Shown piece by piece: positions 39,361 to 53,029 of a DNA stretch of 64,000 nucleotides. Under the pieces are notes generated by a model. The model had not been told where the DNA came from. It worked only from the letters and a program-made list of their open reading frames with translations, and made no database searches. Each line of letters starts with the position of its first letter. Position 1 is the stretch's first letter. Origin of the DNA: Podarcis erhardii (taxonomy: Eukaryota); NCBI GenBank assembly GCA_964252035.1, contig OZ176201.1; one strand, written 5' to 3'. The position numbers and the translations under genes were made by a program.

Positions 39361-41620
39361 AGGCTGCAGTATTTATCTGTTGACTCCTCTGGGCTTTCCA
39401 CAATGTTTCCTGTGCTACCTGACTCTATCCTAAAGATAGAAACTGTGGACTGATGCATAATAGCTTCACTTACGTAAGCTAATCTGGCAGCAATGAGTGA
39501 AATTACTTTGGCAGGCTTGGCTGATAAATGTATTCCTCTGGGATTCCGCTCTGTCCTAGATCATAAGAACAGGTCAATTTATTTTCAGTGTGTCTGTTAG
39601 ATGAAGAAAGTCCGCAGGAAGGAATTAGAATGCGACCCCTGCCTCTTGCTGAATACCGCAATCCTGATTTTTCACAGTAAGCGTTTATCAGCAGCCCCAT
39701 CCTTGAATGTTGAAGCACACAGTTCACTGTTTTGCACTGAGGGGAGATGGTGTTTAATACTTTCCAGAAGTGTAGGCTCATCTAACTCTGGAAACAAGCA
39801 ATTAAATGTTTTGAATCCCACCAATTTATTCCTACAGTTACAGTTTACAGCAGTAAATGCTACAGGCTATGGATTCCACTGTGCCCAGTTAGCACTGCAA
39901 TTCTTACATGGCAACAGTGTCAACACAGTAATTGCTGAATGGATTTGTAGGCCTAATAAACAAGTCAGATTATCGTAATTGTCCTTGTGAATCTGCAGAA
40001 CATGATGTTCTATGTATAATATGGAGGCACAACTAGCAAATTCGGGGCTTCCAACCCAGCAGATACAATATAGTGATGTTTGACGTTTCCATAGAAAAGT
40101 CGCTGGGAAATTCCAAATAATCATATGACACTGGAACCTGGGTATAAGATCTGTGCAAGACAATAATACTTATTTCTGTTTTTTCAATTTCTGTGTATGA
40201 AAATATAATGTACATTCAGGTATACCGTTGAAATATTTTGAACTTATATCGTCTACCAGGAGTAAGGGGGTGGGCAATGGGGAAAGCAGTTCCTCTGAAA
40301 CCTAGAACATGATCTCCAACCCGCACTCTCATTGCTGGTAGACAGTCCATATTTGTTCTGTTCCAGGATAGAAACTGTGAGGTTTATTTTCTCTAGACTC
40401 TTCTGTAAATAATTTGCATTTATGACACAGGCATAGAACCCCGCCTGTGCAACAAAGGCGCAACTGAAACATACAGTATATTTTCAAGACTAAGTAAAAA
40501 GAAAAGTGTTAAAACTGGATGCATGATGAATTTGTTGTTGGGCGTGGATAAGCTTTACAAAATGTTGATGTAATATTGTTAATTTATATGGAGAAGATTG
40601 ATTGTGTTTGCATTTGTTTGATGCAGCTAACTAAAAATTGATGTAAGATTACTCAGATGGCCAACAAATGGCAAGAGTCACTTGCAGATGAAATGTCACT
40701 TGCAGAATGCCTACTGCCTCACTGAGTATAAATTATACCAATGCTTGACTTAAACTAATGTCTCTTGTCAATCATGAGGTTGTCTTGTCTTGTTTCCTTA
40801 GCCTCTGAATTTTGTGGCAATCATAATGATCTACTTTTAACTGAAATAGTATTTAAAACAATATTGTAGTAATTTGCATTCTGGCGGGGGCAGTGTCAAT
40901 TTTCTGTAACAGCACAGGATTTCATACTTTCATATAAAAGGTGGTGGGTTTCCCCCCCAGAATAAAAGACATTATTAAAAGTTTGGGCTGTTCCCCCCCC
41001 CCCGATTTTTGCATGTCTTCCTGCCAGAAAATGACAGAAAAATGAACTGTCCAATATAGGGTTTGAAGAGCTGGCTTTCGCTAATTGCAATAAACCTTGC
41101 AGCAAACCTATCATACAATCAAAGAACATTTGCTAGAGTATTTGAGTGTCAGGCCATATAATAAAATATTTGGCTTGTCGTGTTGATGGTCCTGTGACCA
41201 TCTAAAACAATTCATGCCAGGTCTGGAGAACTGTTGTTGTGAAATAACTGTATTACAACTAATATCCCTAGCAACAAAATGCCCCTTTCCTTTGCTGAGC
41301 TTACATAAGTTCTTTATTTAGTTTTCATAAAATTCAATTCTGTGCAGAACAATGGATTTTTAAAAAGGGAAATGCGTAATTAACCTTCAGCAAATCTATT
41401 ATGCAAGTGATGGAACAATTACAACTTGATAAGCACAGGATATTTAGCCTGGCAGAATCTCAAATGTTGCCCTGTGAGTAGGCCACAGGTTAGACCATAA
41501 CTGTCACAACCCAACTGAAACCTATTTCTCCAAGGAAGAAATAACTCCTTAAAGAGAAAATGGGAGAATATGTTTTATTTGGTTAGTGTTCATAATGCAG
41601 TGTATGATCTTTTAGATTAT

Positions 41621-41692
41621 ACTTCCGGGTTTTAGGCATTCAGGAGCCAAAATGTTCGAAAACAGAGCCGTTCGAGAACCAAGGTTTGACTG
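41621..41692. mobile_element. One-ended fragment of Tc1/mariner MITE family A
   Basis: Ends in ccaaggtttgactg|ta, like 4690-4708. Confidence 0.65.
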
Positions 41693-41732
41693 TATTTGTG
41701 TGTGAGCAGATGAGTTGAGTTCCATTGCAGTA

Positions 41733-42098
41733 AAGGTAAAGGTAAAGGTACCCCTTCCCATACGGGCCAGTCGTGTCCGACTCTAGGGTTGTGCGCCCAT
41801 CTCACTTAAGAGGCCGGGGGCCAGCACTGTCCGGAGACACTTCAGGTCACATGGCCAGCGTGACGAAGCTGCTCTGGCGAGCCAGCACCAGCGCAGCACA
41901 CGGAAACGCCGTTTACCTTCCCGCTATAAAGCGGTACCTATTTATCTACTTGCACTTAAGGGTGCTTTCGAACTGCTAGGTGGGCAGGAGCTGGGACCGA
42001 AAGACGGGAGCTCACCCCGCCGCAGGGATTCGAACCGCCGACCATGCGATCGGCAAGCCCTAGGCACTGAGGTTTTACCCACAGCGCCACCCGCGTCC
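41733..42098 (-). mobile_element. Sauria SINE, full length, divergent subfamily
   Basis: (aaggta)n tail and head with A and B boxes. TSD tccattgcagta / tccactgcagta. The 3' half differs from the other copies. Confidence 0.9.
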
Positions 42099-45000
42099 AC
42101 TGCAGTAGCAGAAGTCAAATTGCTCACATAATGACTTCGAGACCTAGTCTTGAAACCAACTATCTCCTTTCCCTTTAAAAGTATTTGGTCATCAGTGGAG
42201 TGTAAGAGGGGAGATCCAGATGCCAGCTGAGCCCACAGAACGGACCTTGTCTGACTACTGTATATTAAAAACCTGGGCAGTGAATGTAATTGTTTTGTGT
42301 AGAGCCTTTTACACAGCAGGGGCACAAGAAAATGTTTGAAAATGACAGTAATAATAGTATTTAAATCAGGGAAAGGATTCATGAGTCACACCTGATAACA
42401 AAATGGCAAGAAAAACTGTAGTAGGCATATATTACCTCAGAGCAATGAAGAAGCAAATGCACTCACATATTAAGAAAATATCTTCTTTGTACATTATAAT
42501 CTCCATATGTACCTGCTGTTTTAAAACTTCTTTTGTAATTTGCCTGTTGGATGCTACATCAAACCATGTGGGTGATTTATGTATCATAAGTGCTAGCAAA
42601 ATGCCTGTTGATCTTCCGTTTAGCTTCTCTAAGACCAGAAACGTCAATTTTTCCAAACTGTAGCTATAGGCATTTAACACTAGAGGCAGCTGTTGCTTTG
42701 AACACGAAGGAGACACCGAAAGCTAGATGACTTGAACAGTGTTTGCTTGGTGGGGTGTGCTGATATTCAAAGCTCTCACATGTCCAAAAGGTTCTGGTTT
42801 GGGTCCTGTGCATAGCTTGAGGTTTGCTGACCAATTTTGAATTTGTAATGGATTATAATCCGTGTATTTGTAGCTGAACTATGGACATATTTTTAAACCA
42901 TTCTGTAAAAACAGGAAGGCAAAAATGTACTTCGCTGAAAGCTGAGAACCTCACAATTAAGTAGGGCATGATCCAGCCAGTTGTAAAACAGAGTAAAACT
43001 ATTCTTTTACCAGAGCTGCTCTGCTTAAAAAATTAAATGTGATGTTCACTGGGTGATAGTCACTCTCCTTCAACCTAAACTACATTATAGGGTTATTGTG
43101 GGACTAATTTGGAGGGAAGGGAGAAAACAGATCATTTACACCAGCCAGAACGCTTTGGAGGAAAAGGAGGAAATTATAATTGATTAATCAATAAGGGGTT
43201 AGTAGAGGGGCACAGAACCCTTGAATTACTATTCCAGACTTCCAAATTATAAATCCCATAAAGAGATCCAGGTTTGGGCAGAAGACTTAGTAAAGTGTTT
43301 TGGCCCTTTTTAAAAATCTGGCTGCCGGTTTAGCAGGCAACGAATTCCACAGTCCCTTAGCTGAAACCTAACATCACTCCTAGGCACTATGGTCCATGGC
43401 TCTCTTGCTGGGGTTGGTAAAGATATCAGTGCATTGAGCCCTGCAGTAGAACTGGGGCCCTTGAAGATGCCAGATGCTGGCACCAGACCTGTTCCCATGG
43501 ACATCTTAAGTAGGGTTATCCTTTTTTTTTCCTGGCAGGACTTTGGCCACACATGCTGATGGAGCACATGTTTGGTGAAGAACAGAGCCGTCGCCTTTTT
43601 TGCTGCAGGCCTCTTGTGTCCTCAGCCACTGCAAATGATGCAAAGAGTCTTTGAGAAACCAAATCTTAGGGGCAGCATATGCAAAACAAATACAAGAATG
43701 GATATAAAGCTAAAATTGAGACGAATTGCATCAGGGGAGGCATAGCAATGAATTATCACCAGCTAGATGCATTAACATTAGAATCAATTTTTGTAAGCAC
43801 TCATTGTGTAAAAAAACACACCCAATAAGTTATAAGTTTATAATAATGCCCAAATAAATTGATATAAAGTAATGATTTCATTCCTTCCACTCACAAATAT
43901 TTTTCACATACAGTACATATTTTCCCCAATCTTTGTGCAACGTAGTACAGTCACTAGTGCCATCCATATAGTTTATTCCATGTGCAGTTGGACAGCCCTA
44001 GTAAAATATTTTTCTCTGATTAGAAGCTAGATCTATCAGTCATAAAAGAACTCGCCCTTCTTCCCACCCTGGCATTTTCCTTAAATAACAAGCTTGGGGA
44101 TAAATGTTTCAATTTTCAGGAGCTGGATCTGAATGTTGATTCTAATTTGCCATCTGGATTGACATCCCAGTTGAGTCATGGCCATGTTTCCCTCTATGCA
44201 GTTATGACAACACTCAGCAAAGGTGCATCACTGTTTCAAAAAAAAAAAAAGAAGGCAGCCCCAGGTGGCCAATTAACATCCAAAATTGGATTCAGTACCT
44301 CACGACGTATCCAATGAGTTGGATCATGAAAACCCACATCCAAGATAATCCCCTGTATAAGAATGTTCCCCGGCTGTATTTGATCTATAAAGCCAATTTG
44401 GTGAACACACCTTCCCTCCTTCACATGTGTCCTAGTCGGTCTTCTTATTATTGATGGTTTCTGTAATTTGGTTTCAAAGGGGAAAACAGAATGTGGTAAA
44501 AGGAGAAGAGAATTCCCTGGATGTCTCAATCCAGGTTTGGGGCAAGTACTCATTGGTGAGAGAACCCCAGCAGAGATTTATAATCACAAAACATTCAGCA
44601 AAGTAAAGCATGGAAATACAGGCTATTAGATCTTTAATATATCCCATTATAAGTTGCTTCCAAATTATTTGTATAGAAACACTCATATGTCTTGCTAAAG
44701 CCAAGTCTAAGCTTGGAGCATTCAACTTTGACCTTACACGTAGGGTTCACATGGTGGAAGAAAGACAACAAAGAGTTTGGTAACCCTCCCAAGGTGAGGG
44801 GTTGTGACCTAGCTAAGCCTGGCAGGACAACTTACTCTGTGGTCTTAACCCCTTCATGCATTAACTGGAGTTAAGCATGCTGGTTATACGAGACTGGATT
44901 TATCCTATAATTATAAGACACTAAAACAAGTCAGTACCGTAGTTTGTTTTCCTTTTTGCAGTGTTCCAGCTTCAAGAGCAAAACTCCTATATTGACAATT

Positions 45001-45465
45001 CAAAGGCTCGATGAATCCCTGGGGAGCTTCAACAGCTCACTGCTTTCTCCCCCTGTGCCACAGAGAGGCTTTGTATGTGCGCTGCTTCTCATTAATTTGA
45101 TCACAGGGCACGAATGGGAAATGTGATTCAACTGCCTAAAATGATCTAGTTGGCTCTTTCACTTGTAATCTTCAGCTCATGCCTTTGAATTCATTAGCTG
45201 TGAACACACACATACTGTACACCAGTACACACTTGTAAAGATACTGCCTTGCATTTCTCAAAGCATCATTCTTCAGGGGAGCCATTGACAAAGTCAGTAT
45301 TTTTGTAGTGCCTGTTCTAAATGCATTAGGACACTTACGAGATGCCTGCACCATCCTCAGGCTTACAGGCTTACATAGCTATTCTGTCATATGCAGTTGA
45401 TTTTATCACTATGTATATGCACAGCAGGCGTGCTACATGGAGACAGAAGTAGCTAGGAATAGGCA

Positions 45466-45640
45466 GGGGTGGAGATTCAGTTCAGATTTTAATGCAAACC
45501 TAATTCACATTCTCTGGAAAAAAATGTGCAAAGCATAACGTAGCTGACCCTTGAAATTTGCACTTCTCCAATTTTTGTGATGCAGTTCTCTAACCCTGAG
45601 TGAAAAAAAATGTGTACGTTAGGGGAAGGTTTAAGGGGAC
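45466..45640 (+). repeat. Unclassified old interspersed repeat; further copies at about 52600-52980 (minus) and about 59390-59600 (plus)
   Basis: An identical 18-mer, ttttgtgatgcagttctc, occurs at 45573 and 59491. A similar sequence is on the reverse strand near 52930. Confidence 0.5.
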
Positions 45641-46826
45641 CAAATGAAGACCCAGGTTCATTGTGATCAGTGATGAATGTGCTCTTACATAACAGGCAAG
45701 AAGCATCTTTACCTCCATCTCATGGAAGCTGAGGGTAGAAGCGGTGGAATCCCTCTTGCACCTCCTCCTTTGAGGCAGCACTGACACACCAATAAGGCTG
45801 AAATGTATATATATCACTTGAAGACTGGAGAGAAGCAAAGAGCAAATACGCAATAAGAACAAATGCTGGTGTCAGGGGAAAAACCTGGGCATGGAATATA
45901 AATGTTTGTGGTAGTTTCAGCAATTCTGAAAACACAATCAGAGCACAGAGGCTGTGACACGAAGAACACTTTGGATTTGAACCAGCCAGCCTTGCAAGTT
46001 GTTACCCAAAAATAACACAATAAATTTGTCATTGGATCTGGAATATCATGATAGGCTAATGGAATGACTGAACAACCACACCATTTCAGCATTCCTATGT
46101 AATGTGTCATTTCCCCAGCAGCCAATGTGGTTGTTTGGTTAGCTAAAATGATATAATTCATGGGATTAGTTTTGCAAAGCCCTGTTGATTCCTACTAGAA
46201 CCTTGGCTCATGGTTCTAGAAAGTGTAGTTTTTAGTTTCATCTGTGTGCATCCTCGGCCAAACTGTCTTTATAGAATGAGTGGGATCTACAAAAAAAAAG
46301 TTAGGATTAATATATTCATTTTGGCTGTGATTCTGTGGCCAGCCATGTGCTCTAATACTCACCTATTTCAGTAGTCACTTAGTGTACAAAATTGTGGGCA
46401 GCAAAACTTGGAATCAAGAGTCTCATTTCATTCATAATGCCAAGGGGAACCCGGATTTGGTACTGAGCATGCACTCAGGAGAGAGGAGCAGCCCATCATG
46501 TCTCTCTGACAAAGATGATATACATGTTTCCTACCTTTCAGACTTTAGGGTGCCAATCCAACAAAGCACACATGGAGTAACTGGCTTTGACTGTGAGGGG
46601 CCCTTTCTTAGGAGCTGAAATGCTGCCAATCTGTAAGGAGGAAAAGGGATGCTGAATTTGAAAAGTGCAAATTACCAAGTAAGCCATGTTAGGATGATTG
46701 GTACCCCAAGAATAAGAGCACTGTGAAGAAGGCAAGGCTGGATCTAGTTACATCAAAAAAGCACCTCAGGGAAATGTGTTCTAAATTTCATAAAGGGAAA
46801 TCACGTTGGTGAAAGGCGGGACTGCA

Positions 46827-46843
46827 CAGCGCCATCTGGTGTC
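46827..46843 (-). promoter_or_regulatory. Candidate CTCF site
   Basis: The reverse strand reads gacaccagatggcgctg, a close match to the CTCF core CCACCAG(A/G)(T/G)GGCGCT. Confidence 0.5.
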
Positions 46844-46879
46844 ATAGTGTTATGACGCATATAAAGTGTTTTTTCTTTG

Positions 46880-47248
46880 CCAGTGTAGCTGAGTCCCAAG
46901 TCTGTGGTTGGAATGGTGGGCCTCGGGGGCAGAGGAAGGGGTGTGTGGTGGGGGGCCCTGGCTGCTACCACAGGGGGGGTGACAAAATGCCAGGCAGCAC
47001 TCACCACAAGGCCTGGGAGTGACGCAGTGGCTTGGGCGCCTGCAGGCTCTGTGCTGCCCCCAAACGGTCCGACCACCGCCTCCCCCTCAGCTTTAGGGCA
47101 GCTGAGTGGGAGGAGTCAGGCAGACTCCTTGGAGGCCCCACAGAGCGTCCTGCCCCGGCTGGCCCTGCACAGCATACGGCTGGCCCCACTCCTGGGTGCA
47201 GGGCATGCACACCGCCCCAGGTGCCCAATCGGCTTGCTCGGCTGCTGG
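46880..47248. mobile_element. GC-rich non-autonomous repeat, unclassified
   Basis: Abrupt GC-rich block with weak inverted ends. It shares a ggggggtgaca motif with the MITE at 63013-63203. Confidence 0.5.
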
Positions 47249-47818
47249 TGGGCCTTTCACTTCCTGAAGGAATACATGCCAAGGAAAGTAATGAAGAAAT
47301 GAGAAGTGGAGCTAGTGCAGGAGATACCAGACTGTGCTGCTCAAAGACTACAATCTGAGACACACTACCAAGGAGTAAGTCTGATTCACCCCCATAGATC
47401 TTACTTCCAAGTAGGAAAGGATAAGGTTGCACACCATAACCACAATCTAAAATACACTTAGATTGCAATCCTATACATTTTAGTTCAATAGGACTTAGGC
47501 TGTGTATGTAATGAATTCTGCTCATATTGATCCAGAGCAAAACTCCAACATATAGTTAGCAGAGTAAACACTTAAACACGTTGCAGGATTCCCCCCCAAA
47601 ATAGACCAGAGGCAATTGTATTTCATCCAGCAGAGGTTACTGCTGCTACTGAAGGTTAATGAGCATAATGGTCACAAATTCATACATTCAGGATTGGCAC
47701 TGTCCATAAGAAATCCAGTTGCAGGAGACTTAGCTTAAAACTTACAAGAAGTTACACTAAGACTGAAACCTTAACACTTAAGCATACTATGTACAGAATA
47801 CCACACCAGAAGGAAAAG

Positions 47819-48193
47819 TGAAATATACTCTTGAGTCGAGTGTGAATTTCATGCTCTTTATTCAGCTCATAGCAATGAATGAAACTTTCCCCAAAACGTC
47901 TAGCTATATTTACATTATTTACACAATGGGCCCTGCGTGATTGGCTAATTACGGGCTGCTCCTGTAGGCCAATCAGGTTGTGGATTCACCTCCTCCAGAA
48001 GCCTGATTGGCTGCTCCTGCAGGCCAATCATGTTGCAGATTCACTTCATCCAGGAGCCTGATTGGCTGCTCCTGCAGGCCAATCAGGTTACTGATTCATT
48101 TCCCCCTGGAGCTGGATTGGGTGGCTCCTGCAGACCAATCAAACTGCTGCATTCTGGATCCTATTGTTCTAGGATTCAGCTCAGGACATAACA
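47819..48193 (-). mobile_element. Solo LTR, 375 bp
   Basis: TGTT...TTCA ends on the minus strand and a perfect 5-bp TSD aaaag. Four 55-bp CCAAT units and AATAAA at 47857-47862 (minus). Confidence 0.88.
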
Positions 48194-49384
48194 AAAAGAA
48201 AGATAGAAAGTGAAACTCAGGCTCCGTCTGGCCCATTATAGTCAGCATGACCTTGAGTGAAAGAGATAACAGAACCAGTTGAAACCAGTTGTTCACCTTC
48301 TCTGAAGAAATAACCCAAACATCAGGAACCTTCTGCCAGTTTCTAGGAAGAATAAAGACTTATGTGTCAGTTACAAACTGGTGCAAGCTGGAAGTTTCTA
48401 TCACACAGAGAAGCTTCCAGAACCCTCTTGAAACAATTAGACTAGACAAGATTTCTATACTACAGCTCAATACTTTCTTCAAAAAGAAAAATGCAAACTG
48501 ACAGTGTACACACTCGTTTCTTCCACATCCAGTTGGCTCCTGCCATTGGTTTGAGAAGCAGTGTGCACACTTAGCCACAATCCATATCTAGCCTGTTATT
48601 TCTTATGAAATACTGCATTTTGATGCCTGTCACCCCCAACCAGCTTCCATCTGATTTGTGGGGGAGAAATGAGTTAGCTGCATTTTAAGCCAGTAATGTG
48701 TACACAGCCTTATTCCCAGGTATGTATGTCCAGGACTGCAGCCTCAGGCAGCAATCTTATATCCACATTCCTGAGAGCGAGCTGTATTGAACTCAGTAGG
48801 GCTTGCCTCTGAGTAGACATCTATAGGATTGCACGGTTACTAAAATGTAGGGCCTATCAATCTATGTGAGTGGGGAAGCTACCATCCTAAGTAAATGCCC
48901 TTGGGATTGCATTGCATTTGTTATTGATGCTTAACCCCTATTCTTGTCATGTCCCTGCCAGAAGAATAATCTTGGGAGGACAGCCTGGAGCTCCCTGAGG
49001 GAAATATTGTAGAGGAGCAGGCTGTGCTAGGGGACCAGGAGGCAGGCCAGGGGGATCCAGGGCCCCAAGGGGAGACAGTAATCCAACCTTCCCCTCACAA
49101 CACAGGTAGCCCCTTCACAGACTGAGAGGCAGTCAATGAGCGATAGGAGTGCAGGCAAAAAAAGATGCAGGCTCATGAGTAACATGGTCTCCTCGGGAGT
49201 AAATGAATGCTTGTTGTGAGGAAGCCACTTCTCATGAGTAGACCAAATCTGCACACAACACCGATGGCTTATAGCTGTGTTCTGCGTGGGACTCTAAAGT
49301 ATGGTTACTAGATTTTTTTCTCAATGAATCCGGGGGCACTTATTATTTTATTTTATTCTTTGAAGCTGATTAGCAACAGGGAGT

Positions 49385-49790
49385 CAGTAGTGGGGATGGT
49401 GAGGCAAAAGATGCTGGGCCCAAGCACACATGCAGATTGTATAAAGGTGCAAAGCCCTTCTTTCACGCCCTGTGAAACATAAATGCTCTGAGTTTTTTAA
49501 AAACTGGGCAACGGCACCGCCCGCATGTGACTCCCAAGCCTCCCCCCCCAATCTCCTGCCCCCTCCCCCCTTTGTTTTGACTGATCGGGGGAGGCTCGGG
49601 AGTCGCGGGCGGGTGGCCATTGCCCAGTTTTTAAAAAAACTCAAAGCATTTATGTTTCACAGGGTGCGGAAGAAGGGCTTTGCACCTTGCCTGGCAGAGA
49701 AACCACACGCCTTGCGCCCCTCCTGGGCAACAAGTGCTGGAACAGCATCTTTGCACTGGCCTCTAGCTAGTTGCTAGGCCCACTGTGTGC
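49385..49790. repeat. Long fold-back element
   Basis: Arms of about 105 bp (49444-49548 and 49587-49688), roughly 90% complementary by eye, with weaker outer complementarity. Confidence 0.85.
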
Positions 49791-49898
49791 AAACCTTGGA
49801 CAGTTTCTGGACCCTACTTCTCATGCTGCCCATCTATATGGACTTTGCACTTCCCCATTAACTTGTAGCTGCTCAGCCTGTGCACTGCCTTAAATATA

Positions 49899-50140
49899 CA
49901 GTAGTACCTCAGGTTACATACACTTCAGGTTACATACGCTTCAGGTTACAGACTCCGCTAACCCAGAAATATTACCTCGGGTTAAGAACTTTGCTTCAGG
50001 ATGAGAACAGAAATTGTGCTCCAGTGGCAAGGCAGCAGCAGGAGACCCCATTAGCTAAAGTGGTGCTTCAGGTTAAGAACAGTTTCAGGCTAAGAACGGA
50101 CCTCTGGAACGAATTAAGTACTTAACCCGATGTACCACTG
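49899..50140. mobile_element. Tc1/mariner MITE, family B
   Basis: Collinear with 14137-14361, with TA flanks. Confidence 0.9.
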
Positions 50141-52710
50141 TATTGGATTGTAGTGGCCCGGCCAGGTTCAGAAATGAGTTCAGATGTGCATTTCTCCCTC
50201 TAACATTTGCATTCCTTTTAAAGTAAAGTGGGTAACCAATAGGATATGCTAATCAAAGGGGAAGCTTTCCAAGTGACAGGGGACCATTGTCAACCTCTCC
50301 AGTTGTTTTAAAGCTGTAGGCATCCGCAGTACCTCATTTTAAAAGTTTTCTTCGTGATTCATCTGACATTAAGCACTTGTCCTGCAAGGAGAGGAGAGAT
50401 GGAATCTAATTTTAGAGCTACTCCTGGGATCTGATTTGGAGAGCGCGGCAGCATAAACAGATGCCCGTTTGTCAAGCTCAGCAAGACATATTGGTGCACA
50501 AAATTAAAAGCTGAACATTTGCTTTCTTGTGATACCTTCCTACATGCAAAATGTGAATCAGGGATCAAAGCTGCTTTTCAGATGAGCAATCTGCAGCTGA
50601 TGGCATTTAGAAAAAGAAGAGAAAAAGTTCCCCCACAATTTGCTTGCTTTTGTTCATTGTCATTATAGCTTGGGAATCTGCATGAAGATGCAGCAGATCA
50701 ACATGAATCTTTCACCTCCTCCTTCTGCTGCTGCTGCTGCTGACACAATCCCATGGAGGCCCTCTTGGTGTACAACTACAAATCTGTAGCTTTTCTCAAC
50801 CCACTGCATAATTCAGCTGATCATAGGAGCAAACACAAAGCTGCTTCTTCATAGGCAGCAAATGTTTTAAAGCAATATTTTAAAGCAAATATAATGATGG
50901 CATTAAAACAGGCCCATCTAAAACAATGCTATCTGTTCTGTTCCCCACATTAGTAGGCTATGATCTGATTAATAATAATAATTAATAATAATATCACCAT
51001 CATCATCCACAACAACAACAACAACCTGATGTCTTCAATTAACATATAGTCCATTTCTCCAGGATATCACAGCTCTGACAAATAATACAAAGACTACTGC
51101 TAAGTTCATTCTACTACAGCTCTACAGAACGGTTCAGAAAAAGCAGCCCAAGTCTGAAAGGCTAAGAAGGCGGTTTTCTGTTCCAGCCAGAAATGCTGCT
51201 TAAAGCCTGCACCTCTCCAGCCATGCTCAGTGCCCCTGCCCGATGACAAAAGAACCCTGTGTCAGGGAGAAGATTGATTATAGCGCAACACCTGCAAAAA
51301 GCCAGAAAATCTAATGATTCCCTCTAAGTTCTCATCCAAAGGGGAATTGGGGAGAGAAAAGTGGAATGGATACTGCACTGCCAGATGAGCATGGAAGCAA
51401 CACAGGTGTCAGAAGTGGGTTTTAAAAGTTCAGTGTCTCCAAGCAGTGGTCCCGTTGGCAGGGGTTGGCTTCTTGACTACTCTGCAACTCAGTATGGCTG
51501 AAGGTTCAGCAGGATACTCAGCTCGGTGGAACACTGATGTGGTCCATATCCAGGTGACTGATAGATACAGCAGCAGCCATTAGCCATGCATTCCAGAGAG
51601 GTAAATCAAAGAGATGGCAATGCTAGAACCAGGTCTTTTAAAATAAAGCATGAACAAATGAAGAACTCAAACTTTTGTGTTTGTTATAATAAATTTCAAA
51701 GTTTGGGAAACAATAGCCACTAGGTAGAAATTTAAGTGCAAAATAAGATGGCACATTATAACCATTAGGAAACATAAAATTTAAACACAAACATAAATTT
51801 TGGTGATGTGATATCCTCACCAATTTCTGCACAATATACACTGTGTTCCTTAAACAATGGAAAGTATCAGCAGGAATAATGGAAAAAACTTGGTCCCTCT
51901 GAGCGAATCATTTCATTATTTGCATGCCATTATTTGAGATTTGTTGTCAAGTCTCTCCCCGCCCCCCCTTGTGAATCATTTATCAGAATATGACTCCATG
52001 CAAACAAAAGGCGTTTGATACTTTAATTAGCACCTCTCAATTTCTGTAAGAGGGCTTTGTTATTTGTTTTTTTACAAGTGATGAAAGAAAGTATTGAATT
52101 GTAAAACAGAAAACATGGAGTTGGTAGTAAATGATGTAAAATCCATAAATGAACATATTTCCCGTAGTTGACATGTGGTTTGGTATAATACAGGCATTCT
52201 AGATTACTTGGAGAAAGATTTCTATGAGAAGCACCTCATAAACAATCATCTGATAGAATATTGAAGATTATGTTTCTTTAGCTTGCATAAAGTCCAGAAT
52301 TGTGCTGGTATATCAAACCAGCTAAGGTAAATTTCTTTCTTCAATGTCTGGTTTGGCTTTGACAAGATAATTAATCCCCCTGTTAGACCCTCTGCAATGA
52401 TGGCTTTGTGTCTGGAAATCTGCCTGCACCTAATCCAGAACTCAGAGCTGGACTTTGTGCAATAGGCTAGCAGAATAGCAATAGCTTCTTTTGGTTTTCA
52501 GTCTCTCTGCAGTAGTAGTTTGGATTCTGGGCAAATGACCACCATAATTTTCATTGCCTCTGGTGAGATCAGTGTGCAAATTCAGGTCATTATTCTTTTT
52601 TGTTAGGGGGGCAAAAAAGATGTGCAACACACTTTCCCATGGTATGGGTGAATTGGTCAATTTTGGTTTATCTATTTCTCTTTTTTCAGTCTTCTCCACA
52701 ACAGTTTGAG

Positions 52711-52712
<2 letters not shown>

Positions 52713-52754
<42 letters not shown>
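52713..52754. repeat. (TA)21 microsatellite
   Basis: Read directly from the sequence. Confidence 0.95.
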
Positions 52755-52757
<3 letters not shown>

Positions 52758-53029
52758 CTCACAAAAATTCAACAGCATTTTAGTGCATGTTTCTCCAGTA
52801 TGCACATTTTAAAGCAATCTCCCCAAATATAGGTATTTATGAAAGCAATATAATGCATTTTATCTTATTTTCATTTGTGCACATGTTCCCCCAATATACA
52901 CATTTCTGGAAACATTTTTCAGCTGGACAACTGCATTGCAGAAGCTGGAGAGGTGTGAATTGCAAAAGATAGCGGGGTTTCAGTAAGTGCAAATTGTTGC
53001 TGCTCCAAATTCCTGGGTGCGTTACAATT

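Noticed and set aside
47938-48141. Regularly spaced palindromic repeats superficially like a CRISPR array
   Set aside because: The spacers are homologous to each other, the array lies inside an LTR with a TSD, and the context is vertebrate with no cas genes.
48945-49378. Possible third LTR (tgtcatg...aca), with a similar purine-rich block at 55520-55780
   Set aside because: No TSD and no clear TATA or poly(A) signal. It cannot be supported without a database.
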